Origin: Haliotis rubra
Taxonomy: Eukaryota
Assembly: GCF_003918875.1 (NCBI RefSeq)
Contig: NW_025766814.1
Span: forward strand, 806,001-870,000
Direction: 5' to 3'
DNA length: 64,000 nt
Shown here: one piece after another, positions 13,684-25,500 of the stretch
Position numbering within the stretch: position 1 is the stretch's first letter
How the letters are laid out: every line of letters starts with the position of its first letter
Notes under the pieces: model-generated
Database searches by the model: none
The model's input: only the letters and a program-made list of their open reading frames with translations
Told to the model about the DNA's origin: nothing
Position numbers and translations under genes: made by a program

Positions 13684-13894
13684 CAAACACACAGCCACAG
13701 GTGACAACACAGACCCAGTTGAGCAATGTTGATGACAGAGAGTTAGTTGTTCTAGAGGATGGGTGGCCATGTTTAACAAGCTAGACTCCAGAGAGTTCCT
13801 AGGGCTCCATCTTGCCCCAGACTGAAACACTAGCCCTGTCTGTAATCTCTACTAAAACACATGTCATACAAGCTAAGGCAAGTAACTCTGTAAT

Positions 13895-14095
13895 ATGCCT
13901 GTTCAGCCTGTAGTGATGAGATGGTAATGTGCCTCTTAACCTTCCAGCACCTCACCTCAGGTTGTATTCTCCCCAGGGAGCTGAGAATGAAATTTGAGTG
14001 ACATTGATCCACTGACTGGGGCAATAGCTATACCAGGCATTAACAATATTGTAATGATATGAGCATACCGACAAGTGCAATTCAGAGTGAGAGCG
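13895..14095 (+). mobile_element. Nin/Deu-domain SINE relic
   Basis: ttaaccttccagcacctcacctcaggttgtattctccccagggagctgagaatgaaatttgagtg aligns with 10540-10600. Confidence 0.55.
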
Positions 14096-14256
14096 TGGGT
14101 ATGGGGACACCAGAAATGGGCTTCATACATTGTACCCATGTGGGGAATTGAACAATGTCTTTGGTGTGATGAGTGACTACTATAACCAATCTGATTGATT
14201 TGAGTGGGGGACATGGTCTTATGATTATAACTTTGTTGTACAGTTCCTATGCTATG

Positions 14257-14605
14257 CACCTATGGTGTAGTGGTTAGAGCGTCCGCCCGGAGAGCGGAAG
14301 GTCGCTGGTTCGATCCCCGACCGCGTCAGACCAAAAGACGCTAAAATATGGTACTTGTTGGTCCCTGCCTGGCGCTCAGAATTAATGGGTACAACAAGGA
14401 CTGGTCGGCTCGGAGTAAGTATAATGTGTCTGAGTGGGGTATTCATGCTTCACTGCGGCATGGTATCTCAGTGGGCTAGCACTATAAAACCAGCTTCAGT
14501 CTGGGCTAGTACAAGCAGCTGCACATACACATACACACGCATGCACGTCGTCATATGAGCGAAATATTCTCAAGCACGACGTTAAACCCAGTTCCACCTC
14601 ACCTA
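14257..14605 (+). mobile_element. Full-length tRNA-headed V-domain SINE (RUDI/BivaV-like)
   Basis: A box tggtgtagtgg and B box ggttcgatccc; V-like core gtcagaccaaaagac..aaaatatggtacttgttggtccctgcctggcgctcag...ggactggtcggctcggagt...tcagtgggctagcacta; AC-rich tract; TSD ctat(g/a)ctatg at 14247-14256 and 14606-14615. Confidence 0.85.
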
Positions 14606-14634
14606 CTATACTATGACATTGGTGTAAGAATAAA

Positions 14635-15070
14635 TGAGTTAAGATTTTTAGTCACATCAGCAGTATTTCAGCCATATTGTGACTAAACAAGTACACTGAT
14701 CATAAATAAAGTTTCATTTTAAAATCTGTCAACCGAACACAGTAAAACAAGTAGTATATCACAGATAGCAATTTCAAACCTCCAGTAGCATGTAACTTTA
14801 AAACTGTATCACTATTTAGGACAATACAATATTAAAATAGGTTATAGATCGCCAACAACTGAAGGTAGATCACCATACTAGGGACCATGGGGACGTACAG
14901 TACTTTTGCTACCTGCATGGACCTTAGCTGGATTTATATCATCCCTTCAGCAGCTGGCAATAGTCCTCAGATTTACCATCACTTGAAACAACAAGCATGC
15001 TATAATTCAAAGCCTCGTTGGCCTTAATTTACTTTGAATGTTTGGGGACTGCAATCATGTCAGGCTTTCT
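14635..15070 (-). mobile_element. Probable LINE 3' UTR fragment carrying the tail shared by the SINEs
   Basis: Minus strand ends ...atatggctgaaatactgctgatgtgactaaaaatcttaactca, homologous to the SINE tails; the upstream ~380 bp is not SINE-A, SINE-B or V-SINE sequence. Confidence 0.5.
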
Positions 15071-15083
15071 TCCCACCCAACGC

Positions 15084-15351
15084 GACCTGTGAAGATCCGG
15101 AGTAGAATAGGTCTTCAGCAACCCATGCTTGCCACAAAAGGCGACTATGCTTGTCGTAAGAGATGACTAACGGGATCGGTTGGTCAGGCTCGCTGACTTG
15201 GTTGACACATGTCATCGGTTCCCCGTTGCGCAGATCGATGCTCATGCTGTTGATCACTGGATTGTCTGGTCCAGACTCGATTATTTACAAACCACCACCA
15301 TATAGCTGGAATATTGCTGAGTGCAGCGTAAAACTAAACTCACTCACTCAC
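15084..15351 (+). mobile_element. SINE-A, full length, duplicated-hairpin variant
   Basis: TSD tcccacccaac at 15071-15081 and 15352-15362; starts gacctgtgaagatcc; (CACT)n tail. Confidence 0.95.
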
Positions 15352-17942
15352 TCCCACCCAACTCACTCACTCAGCCACTCCTTACTGACACACCTCACTG
15401 AACATTATAATGCATTGTGAAAGTTAAGGAAATATCTAATCAGAGTTTGCCATATTTTGTCTATTTGCTTCTTTACAGTTTAAAGATTCTGTCAAACCTT
15501 CTCATATCTTATTCTAAATCTTCATTTCAAATAATAACATGTTTAGTCATGTTATTAATTTTTTTAATTCACGTGGACCACTTTCACATGTGTTGCACAT
15601 TCAAAATTAAATTACCATATATTTTATGCCTAATCAACATATTTGAATTTTTAAATGTGTATGGAAGATTAAATTAAGAAAGCCATTGTCATGTTTAGTG
15701 GAGGACCATCATATATATCTAATGACAATGCTGTTGAAATCACAATGGTCTCAAACAGCGACACAAGTGAAATGAACAACAGATAACACTAAGGAAATCA
15801 ACAAGACTGGAAGGACGTCATCACTACAGGAGCTGTTTCATTCAGAACTTCTATTTGGCCCGTGGAGCTAAGAACAGGAAATTACCCAGAATCCAAGATG
15901 GCGGTTCTTCCTGTACATCTTATAAATCAACACGTTTTTATCGTGCTCAATGTTGATTCTTGTTAACAGCTAGATTCTAGGAGAAGAAGATTAAACCTAA
16001 AACAGTTTCCATGTGAAGGGAAAAGGTTTGAAAAAACAATAGATAAGAGCATATCCATCACCCTTGTAATGTGAACCAAACTGTCGGTATTTTATAGATT
16101 TTTTATATGCTGAATCAAAACAATTGTAGATTGAAGAGAAAAAAAAAAATCTAAGACAGAATTTGCACGACATTTTTCAACTTGCACAAGAGGATGCTTT
16201 GCTAGGGGTCGTGATACCAGACAGCATCTTGACATCTGCTTCAAAAATCAGAATGAACACTTCAAACTGAACCCAAAACTAGAATTCATCAAAATCGATG
16301 ACAATATTTGACTTAAAAACTTTATCGCATTAGTTTGGTTAGCACATTGCTCTCTTGCATCAAAAACAAACAGACCATGTGGAAGCAATTTGGCCTTCAT
16401 TTAATTCCATTTCAGTGCCAAACCAGGTTACATAGTCGCTTGAAGAAGTGTTGGGGAAAAAACTCTCTTGGATGGATACAGCATTGGAAATATCCACATG
16501 GAAATTGGTCTATCCGAACTTGTCAAATTGCATGCACAGGTCAATATTCTAACAGATTAGTTCTTTCCCCAATGGCGTCTTGAGTTTGGTCTGGAGGTAT
16601 GTTTTCTTATCCAGCTAGTTTAAGATTGTTCGTGTACAAACTATGGTCAGCCTTTGGGCCAAAGTCATGGTCCTCACACCAAAGAACAGTGACTTTACAA
16701 AGCATATTGCCAACTCGGTTTGCCTGCCAACCACATGAGGGATACCTCATCATTTTGAAATAAATCATTTTGGCGAGAACAATTTGATCCTGACGAGTAC
16801 GGAAAATGACAATCAATAGCGCCGATGGGCTAATTGGTAGCGTCGCCCGGGACAATGTAGTCAGCTGGACAGAAAACAACTTGCTTTAGACGATTGTGGC
16901 AATATTCTGATAAGATTTACATCTAAATACCCAACCACGAGGCAAGAAAAACATATCACTGTCAGACCAACATCAAATCCACTGATGAGGCTTGCAATGA
17001 AATTGGTGTTTTGGAGTTAAGATGTTCGAATGTACTGGTAGTTGTCAGTTTGGTCTTTTTCATGGGTGTATGGTTTTGAGTTTGCATGACGATGAGCCCA
17101 ATGTTGGAACACCAGCTAAAGACTGTCAGAAAGACTCATTTCCAGCAAATTAGTACTACAGAAATGGATTCCTTTGAAGTCATGTATTCAGAACAGAATA
17201 AGGAGATGTTCCGAGCCTTTGTTCTACCACATGATATTGATGGTCTGGGTGTTCAGGATACCACAGTGTTAGCACGGTGTGTTTGATGTTTGTATTAGGT
17301 TCGCTTCTTTATGCAAACAGCCTTGAGAAGCAATGGAGCAAGCCAGCTAAAGTGAAGCCCAGTTTTTGGTTAAAGGTCATGACACAAAGGGTTTTGGCTT
17401 TGAGAGTGCTTATTCCACTTTCGCATCCTTTTTTGAGGGTCAGTTTCTCCAGAGATCCACAATTCACAAAGAGGTTCTAAATTACCAGGCGAAAAAAGCC
17501 ATTCTACACATTTCTCTAAAAGCACAGCTAGAGCAGTTTCATGTCATATCAAAATATAATACCATAGCTGTAATTTTCCTCAACAAAAGATGTGTTTTTT
17601 TAACTAGGAAAATCAAACGCTTTCAATAGAATTTTCATTGAAAGTAACATAATCCTTTAGCTTATTTATAATAACTTCTCATCCTTAATGCATAAGGTGA
17701 GGGAAATATGATATGGGTCTGTCTGTACTACAGTAACAATATTCAAAGATCCATATCAGGTTTTAGTCGTGAACTATTCTTTTATACTTGGGACATAAAT
17801 ATACAATTATATGGCGGTACTAGCTGTTTTGGAAATATATAGCGAGAAGCTGGTGTGATGTGATGTCATGTTGACACGTGACTGGGGGTCACGATCGAAT
17901 TACTGTGAAGGTCAGAACTCAACACTGTCACGGTTGACAGTT

Positions 17943-18503
17943 GAGTGAGTGAGTGAATGAGTGAGTTTAGTTTTACGCTATGGTGGCGGTCTGTAAATCA
18001 TCAAGTCTGGACCAGACAAATCAGTGATCAACAGCATGAGCATCGATCTACGCAACTGAGATAGGATGACATGTGTCAACCAAGTCCCGACCACTGATCC
18101 CTTTAGTTGCCTCTTGCAACAAGCATGGTTGTTGGACACCACTTCCAACTCAGATCTTCACGGGTGTGATACCACACAGACCAACTACACACCTTTATAC
18201 TACAACACCTTTTTCTATCCCTTCATTAACTGCATTACCCTCTGGTAAATATTCCAGACAGACAGAGTCACAATAGTTGTATAGAGAAGAACAGTCTTGG
18301 TGGCAGACGACGCATGCAGATAGAGCTCTATAACCAGACCGCACGTTTGTTATGTCTGTTCATTAACACTGGTCTGGGTCAAATAGCCAAAAGGTGAGCA
18401 TTGTGAATGCAAACATGCAAAGTTTATACTCCGATCCCATTTGTCACCTCTTATGACAAGCATGGGTTACTGAAAATCAAGTCTCACCCGGATCACACAG
18501 GTC
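17943..18503 (-). mobile_element. SINE-A interrupted by a ~310-bp segment copied from 30204-30512
   Basis: SINE body 17943-18116, insert 18117-18430, SINE resumes at 18431 (ccgatcccatttgtcacctc...acaggtc). Confidence 0.9.
18117..18430 (+). repeat. Dispersed near-identical duplication, copy 1 (partner 30204-30512)
   Basis: About 310 bp differing by a few substitutions and two small indels. Confidence 0.97.
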
Positions 18504-18729
18504 ACTTGACAGTTGACCACAGTTGACCAACAACAACACTTTCATGGGCAAGGTCACCTTGACCTTGCAGGATGAAGGTCAGCAATCACTGACCTCTGTA
18601 GCCATTTAGTAATGACAATGATTTAGTGAGATAAGATAATCATAAACTCAGCGATATTTGATTCACTGCATCAGGTTCTTCACCATGTCTGGCCCAATAA
18701 TACCGGTGGTTGATAGCATGAGCAAGTGT

Positions 18730-19000
18730 AAGCCCTCAAAGACCAACCCTGTTGTCTATCAGCTGGATGGGCAAAAGGTCAATGGTTTGATTTCCTAGGT
18801 CATAACAAAACCTGTTAAAACATGTTACTTGTTGTTTCCCTGCCTCGACACTAAACAGATAAAACAGAGACTAGTTAGCTAAGACTAAGAGTTGGTTTCC
18901 ATGTTAAACTGCAGCATGGTATCTTAGTGAGACAGCATGATAAAGCCGGCTTAAATCTTTACCAACCCAAGTGTTGACACACTGAGAGGAGCATGTGCTC
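18730..19000 (+). mobile_element. Highly diverged V-domain SINE
   Basis: ggtcataacaaaacc..ttaaaacatgttacttgttgtttccctgcc and ctgcagcatggtatcttagtgagacagca align with 14257-14605. Confidence 0.55.
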
Positions 19001-19043
19001 TCTAAGCTCAATAATCTTCACCTTTACATATTTCACCTCCAAA

Positions 19044-19200
19044 GAGTGAATAAGATTTTACGCCACTTTCACCAATGTTCCAACAATATCATGATGGGGA
19101 CACCAGAAGGCAGATTCACACATTGTACCCATGAGGGAAATCAAATCTGGGTCTTTTGTATGACAAGTGAATGCTTAACCACTAGGCTACCCCTCGAGCC
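19044..19200 (-). mobile_element. SINE-B, diverged
   Basis: ggggacaccagaag..ttcacacattgtacccatg...ttaaccactaggctaccc. Confidence 0.85.
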
Positions 19201-19464
19201 TCCTGAGCTGAAGGGTAGAGTGATGATACACAATAGCCTGCACTAACCATTAGAGATTCAATGATTCACCTGTTAATGATCCTTCAGAAATATATGAACA
19301 TAATGATTTTAAATAAATGATCTTTTATTTTACAAAAGGTTTTTACTTTTTGGTCTATTCTTTCATAAGAGGTAATGATTGTGTGTGCATCACGAGAAAC
19401 ACTTTCTCAAATCTTTATCCGGATCTTTTTCCATGCAAAATCTTAGATGAAAAGCAATGTGACT

Positions 19465-19658
19465 TGTGTGTGTTGTTTAATGCCAGTCTGTCCGTCTGTA
19501 AATAATCAAGTCTGAACCAGATAATCCAGTGACTGAAATCATGAGCATCAATCTGCATAACTTTGATACTACGACTTGCATCGACCAAGTCAGCCTGACC
19601 TCCACATCCCTATCAACAAACATAAGCTGTGGCAGAACAGCTCTTAACCTTCACAGGC
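19465..19658 (-). mobile_element. SINE-A, heavily diverged
   Basis: ctgtaaataatcaagtctgaaccagataatccagtga...catgagcatca...ccaagtcagc...ccttcacagg. Confidence 0.7.
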
Positions 19659-20449
19659 GTATTGCCAAGAATGAAGCATACTTACATCTAATGCACTACT
19701 TGCATTGCTACACAACAGGTTTCACAAACATGAAGACCATGATGATCTTTGCTCTCAGAATGCTTCCCTCATGCGAGTCTGTAACTTCAAATGCCACTCA
19801 AAACATCAGATATTAATTTGAATCGTTTCTTTATAACTCAGCGGCATGAACCAGTCACAAGTTGCTATGTCATATAGCTGCTGAAAGTTCATAGAAGCAG
19901 CTGCAAAAGCTAAACTAATTTAAAATGGAAAAAATCAATACATTCCTTCAGCACGTTCCATGGGAACAGTCACATGGCATCTGACACCTTGACAAATGCT
20001 GGTAGCAGGACAGCCTGCAATGAACAGCAGAATGTATACTTCGGGCATAACATGATGTTTGCAATCAACATGCGTCAATTTCCAATCCACAAGTCATACT
20101 CTGTGAAATATCAATTTTCAAAGACATAATGTTTCCATGGCAAGTTGTTCATGCAATACAAGACTCTTGCATGTTGCTGTCAGAGTATAACTTGTGGAGT
20201 TTCTATGGATGCTTGACAGTTTGATGCAGAAGGAAGCCTATAGTGATGCAGGTGTGGATGAAGCACCACAAGCCCAGGTGACAAGCCCTGACAGACCTGG
20301 ATGTGTAATCAGGGCAAATCCTGTGACTTGATCAGAGCTTTCTGACTCGCTGAAGTAACTATCAAAAGCAAACTGCCGCATTTTAATTAACTGAGCCACC
20401 TTGCACCAAGTTAATCATTAAGAGCGTGAAGACAACAAAATAAGATTCC

Positions 20450-21003
20450 TCATGAAACCTGGCTTCTATGATTTGCAAACATTGTACTGATGGAAACTTG
20501 GCTTGAATTATTTGCAAACATTTGTACTGGTGGAAACCAAACTTGTATAATTTAAAACATTGTACTCTAAACATTGTACTTTAGTGCTTTGAGCAAGATA
20601 TTCATCCTGGAATGGCGCTATATAACTGGACTATTATTATCATATTATTATAAACGTGGCTTGTATGATTTACAAACATTGTACTGATGGAAACCTTGCT
20701 TGTATGATTTACCGGTACAAACACTATACGGATGGAAACCTTGCTGGTATGATTTACAAACATTGTACTGATGGAAACCTGGCTTGTATTATTTGCAAAC
20801 ATTGTACTGAGTAAAACCTTGCTGGTATGATTTGCAAACATTGTACTGATGGAAACCTTGCTGATATGATTTACAAACATTGTACTGATGGAAACCTGGC
20901 TTGTATGATTTGCAAACATTGTACTGAGTAAAACCTTGCTGGTATGATTTCCAAACATTGTACTGATGGAAACCTGTCTTGTATGACTTACAAACATTGT
21001 ACA
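20450..21003. repeat. 39-bp minisatellite (GTATGATTTGCAAACATTGTACTGATGGAAACCTTGCTG-like)
   Basis: About 9 core copies at 20655-21003 and degenerate copies at 20450-20580; 13-aa periodicity in the ORF track. Confidence 0.93.
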
Positions 21004-22034
21004 TTACCAGTCTTTCCCAACACAAACATCAATTTGCCAGGATAACATTAAGCCTACATTTTCATGGTACAACGTACCAATATTTCTGAAAATGCACAGT
21101 GCCTTTCAGCTTTCCCCTTTTCAGCAGTTTTTCCCATGAGAGATGTGCCCAAATTGCATTTTTATCTCCATACGATTGTAACCCACCAGTCAGGGTGTTC
21201 AGCTTACCATGTTGTACATATTTGAGTCGGGGAGCCATATCCTGCATGTCAATATCAAACAGCTGATTGATTACCGCTCACAAACATGATTCCCCATGCT
21301 GATCACCAGTGAACTTGAACAAATTTACAATGCTCATCTCAAGGGAGGCATGTCCATTGTAATCACTATACAACCCCAAATGCAGAGCTTGAATAAGGAT
21401 AACATTTTATGATCGTGCGTTCAAAAATTCACATGAAACTTCATTTGAAATTTGTGTAGTTTAGTAAAGGGCCATTATTGATTGCCAAGTTCCTGGAGAT
21501 TCGTCAATGTCTGACCGATATCTCTTGGCATGGCATATTTGTATAACAGGTCTGTCGAATACAGATGTACTCCCATTGGGGGGTTTGGGCAAAAGGCTTC
21601 TGCGGATGTTTCATCCTGATTATCTGCCTCGCTGCAGATATATACCACGAGTTGCATCACAAACAGAATATACTGGTCCATGCAAACAATCATGGAGTGC
21701 ATTGCTCATGATACATGCTGAAGGATGTGCTTCCATGCACACAGGCCCTGAACAGGCATTTGGAATGATGCCTATCAGCAACAAAGATGCCAATGGCTAT
21801 TTCAACACTCTGTTAATGGAAACAAGTTGAAACAAATTAGATATGGTTGCAGGGATAGTACTTTGATTTGACTTGTTGGTGAGTCAATACTTGGATCAGA
21901 TTCAACGCCCTGAGAGATTGAGAAGAGGTTGGGGTTCAGAGGACAATATCTGTGTGATATGGGGTCAATTAGTTCTAACACACTCATGGCCGTAGCTGAT
22001 TAAACTGTCTAATGTATCATGTGTTCTATGTAGT

Positions 22035-22345
22035 GGCATGTAGTGTTCCCTGCAATGACATATAGTGTTCCCTGCAATGACCTGAAGTGTTCCCGGTAAT
22101 GACATATAGTGTTCCCTGCAATGACATGTAGTGTTCCCTGCAATGACCTGAAGTGTTCCCTGCAATAACAAAGTATTCCCTGTCATAACATGAAGTGTTT
22201 CTTGCAATAACATATAGTGTTCCCTGTATTGACATGTAGTGTTCCCGGTAATGACATATAGTGTTTCCTGCAATGACATATAGTGTTCCCTGCAATGACA
22301 TATAGTGTTCCCTGCAATGACATATAGTGTTCCCTCTGATGACAT
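22035..22345. repeat. 22-bp minisatellite (TAGTGTTCCCTGCAATGACATA), ~14 copies
   Basis: Direct tandem periodicity; the same 22-aa repeat appears in all three minus frames. Confidence 0.96.
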
Positions 22346-23022
22346 GTGTTCTGTGGCAGGACATGATGTTTTTGTGATGACATCACATGTTCACTATATA
22401 GTATTTATCAACTCTGCTTTAAGGTAATACAAATGTAATAAATGTTGCATCACATATTGATTATGTTTCTGTTTGACAATTAGTAAAACCAGTTGAATGA
22501 GTTTTTACTAATTGTCATAAAAAAGTCTTTCTCCCATCATTTACTCAGAGCAAGGTCAAATATTGGACTTTTATGTTTTTCTTAGAAATCTCAAATTTAA
22601 ATATTGAGCAAATCAAAATGAGCCTGGCCTTTTGCTTGGGTTGGATGATGAAACTACCAAATAACATATTAACAGATGAAGTCTGTTTGTCGGAACTCAA
22701 CCAGGAGAAGGTCGTTACGAGGCAAACATTGCCACAGCATGCTTCTGAACAGCAAAAACATTGCCGCAAACAAAACAGCAGTATTTCATCAATTCTTTCC
22801 ACATAAAAGTGCAGCTTGAATCATTGAAAATTGTCAGGAGTTTTCCAGGATTAGAATGCTGATTTGATTTTAGGAAAAACTTGAACTGCTTGGCTGATGC
22901 GATTAATGAAATTTCTATTAATATCAAATATCAAATGAACACCATTTCCATTCTTTGTATTCTACTGAGGCTTTTTGAAAAAGCATCCAGGAAATTCAAA
23001 GCATATCTTCTTTTAATTCTAT

Positions 23023-24025
23023 TGTGAGTGTGTGTGTGGAACGGTAGGTGGTGTTGAGGATGTGTGGGAATGTGTGTGTGAGGATGTGTGTGGGTGAGTG
23101 TGAGTAAATGCCTGTGTGTTTGTGGTGCCATGCAGATGTGTGTGTGTGGAGGTGTGAGGATGTGTGTGTGTGGAGGTGTGAGGATGTGTGTGAGAGGATG
23201 CATGTGTGAGTGTGGGTGAGTGAGTGTGTGTGTGAGAAGGTTGTGTAGGTGTGTGTGCATGCAGAGGTGTGTAGGTGGGAGTGTGTGTAAGGATGTGTGT
23301 AGGTGTGAGCATACAGATGTTTATAGGTGTGAGTGTGTATGAGGGTGTGTATGTGATGATGTATGTAGGTGTGAGGATGTCTGAGTGTGTGTGAGGATGT
23401 GGTCAAGGATGTGTGTGTGAGGATGTCTGTGAGTGAGGATGTGATCAAGGATGTGTGTGAGGATGTGTGTGTAGGTGTGAGTGTGTGTGAGAGAGAGAGG
23501 ATGTGTGTATGAGGATGTCTGTGAGTGTGAGTGAGGATGTGATCAAGGATGTGTGTGTAGGTGTGAGTGTGTAGGTGTGAGTGTGTGTGAGTGTGTGAGA
23601 GAGGATGTGTGTATGAGGATGTCTGTGAGTGTGAGTGAGGATGTGATCAAGGATGTGTGTGTAGGTGTGAGTGTGTGTGTGAGAGAGAGGATGTGTGTAT
23701 GAGGATGTCTGTGAGTGTTAGTAAGGATGTGATCAAGGATGTGTGTGGGAGGATGTGTGTGTAGGTGTGAGTGTGTGCAAGGATGTGTGAGTGTGAGAGA
23801 GAGGATGTGTGTGTGAGGATGTGATCAAGGATGTGTGTGCGAGGATGTGTGTGTAGGTGTGTGTGTGCAAGGATGTGTGTGTGAGTGTGAGAGAGGATGT
23901 GTGTGTATGTGAGTAGGTGTGGGCATGTGTGTGAGTGTGAGAGAGGATGTGTGTATGTGAGTAGGTGTGGGCATGTGTGTGAGTGTGAGAGAGGATGTGT
24001 GTGTATGTGTGTGAGGATGTGATGA
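23023..24025. repeat. GT-rich compound micro/minisatellite (GAGGATGTGTGT, GTGATCAAGGAT modules)
   Basis: (GT)n tracts interspersed with recurring gaggat / gatcaaggat / gtaggt motifs. Confidence 0.95.
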
Positions 24026-24801
24026 CGTGGGGGTTTCAGTCAGGGCAGGATGGTGCAGCTGCAGGTAGAGGGACATCGTCGAAGTATTTTCAAATCATTG
24101 CTCAGATTAAGTATTGCATATTTAATGTCTTAATTACAGTTAGCTTTATGTATGTGACTGGAACTTTGAAATGCAATTTGCCATGTTCTAAATGAGGTTT
24201 CAATTTGATCCCTTGGTACATCAGTACAATGCATTCATTATTCTATATAAAGAGTTATGCAACCAATATAAAACTTCTTATTACTTTATGACAAATGATA
24301 TTTCTCACATAAAATCAGACAATGGAATCAAGATAGCACGAAATAGCATTTATTGACATGAAAAGAATTTCTGTATGTTTCAGTGCAATTTCATAATACC
24401 TAATCTCAAATCTTTCATTTCGAGCCATCCATGAGATTAAAATACATTTCATACAACAGTACCTACGTGTTTATCAAAATGTTTCAAAGTGAGTTAGGAA
24501 ATGAATTTTACTTGCTTTCATCTTGTACAAGGCTTCCACTGCACACAGAATGTGCTAAATTAAGACTGGCATTTCAAACACATTGATATTATCCAGTTGA
24601 GAAGCATGTATATCACCTTACCCACAATGAACATGGAAACGCTCATCGTTTTCCCCAACCAACAAGAATTAATCTTTACAAATTTAAACTTTCACAAGCT
24701 TTGAAGTTTAAAGATTAATCATTTATGAAACATTATTGAGAAAACGTTTTAGTCGTGTTATACCTGTCCTTGGAATCAGATGTGACCAGTCTCAAGGAAC
24801 A

Positions 24802-25045
24802 GTTGGTTTGTTAGATGTTTAACGTCACACTCAGCAATATTCCAGCTATATGGCGGCAGTCTGTAAATAATCGAGTCTGGGCCAGACAATCCAGTGATCA
24901 ACAGCATGAGCATCGATCTATGCAATTGGGAACTGATGACATGTGTCAACCAAGTCAGCGAGCCTGACCACCCGATCCCATTAGTCGCCTCTGTGGACAA
25001 ACATTGGTTGTTGAAGACCAATTCTAACACGGATCTTCACAGGTC
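24802..25045 (-). mobile_element. SINE-A, full length, CAAA-type tail
   Basis: Full body match; the 5' end reads gacctgtgaagatcc on the minus strand. Confidence 0.94.
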
Positions 25046-25249
25046 ATCAGAATGGTACAACAGGCAGTGGTACATCATTGGAGATTCTTTATGATTAAGG
25101 GAATGTTTCCAGTGCTTTTTAAGAATTTGTTCACTTTGAATCTCTTTTCATGATTCCCACAGGGATTCTTATTCTGTCTCATAATCCTTAAACCATATCA
25201 TTGTTCCTTCAGTCAGCCCATTCTGAAATGCAAAATCCTATATATTGAG

Positions 25250-25500
25250 AGAGAGAGTGAGCGAGTTGAGTTTTACGCCCCACTCAGCAATATTCCAGCT
25301 ATATGGCGATGGTCTGTAAATAATCGAGTCTGGACCAGACAATCCAGTGATCAACAGCATGAGCATCGATCTGCGTGATTGGGAACCGATGACATGTGTC
25401 AACAAAGTCAGCGAGCCTGACCACCCGATCCCGTTAGTCGCCCCTTACGACAAGCATGGGTTACTGAAGGCCAATATTCTAACCCGGACCTTCACGGGTC
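25250..25500 (-). mobile_element. SINE-A, full length, low divergence
   Basis: CpGs retained; 5' end gacccgtgaaggtccgggttagaatattggccttcagtaaccc; imperfect TSD tcctata..tga. Confidence 0.96.

Noticed and set aside
15163-15420. Recurring peptide MLMLLITGLSGPDSIIY in several ORFs
   Set aside because: It is a translation of SINE-A copies, not a gene family.
20602-24076. Repetitive and His/Thr-rich ORFs
   Set aside because: They are products of the 39-bp, 22-bp and GT-rich arrays.
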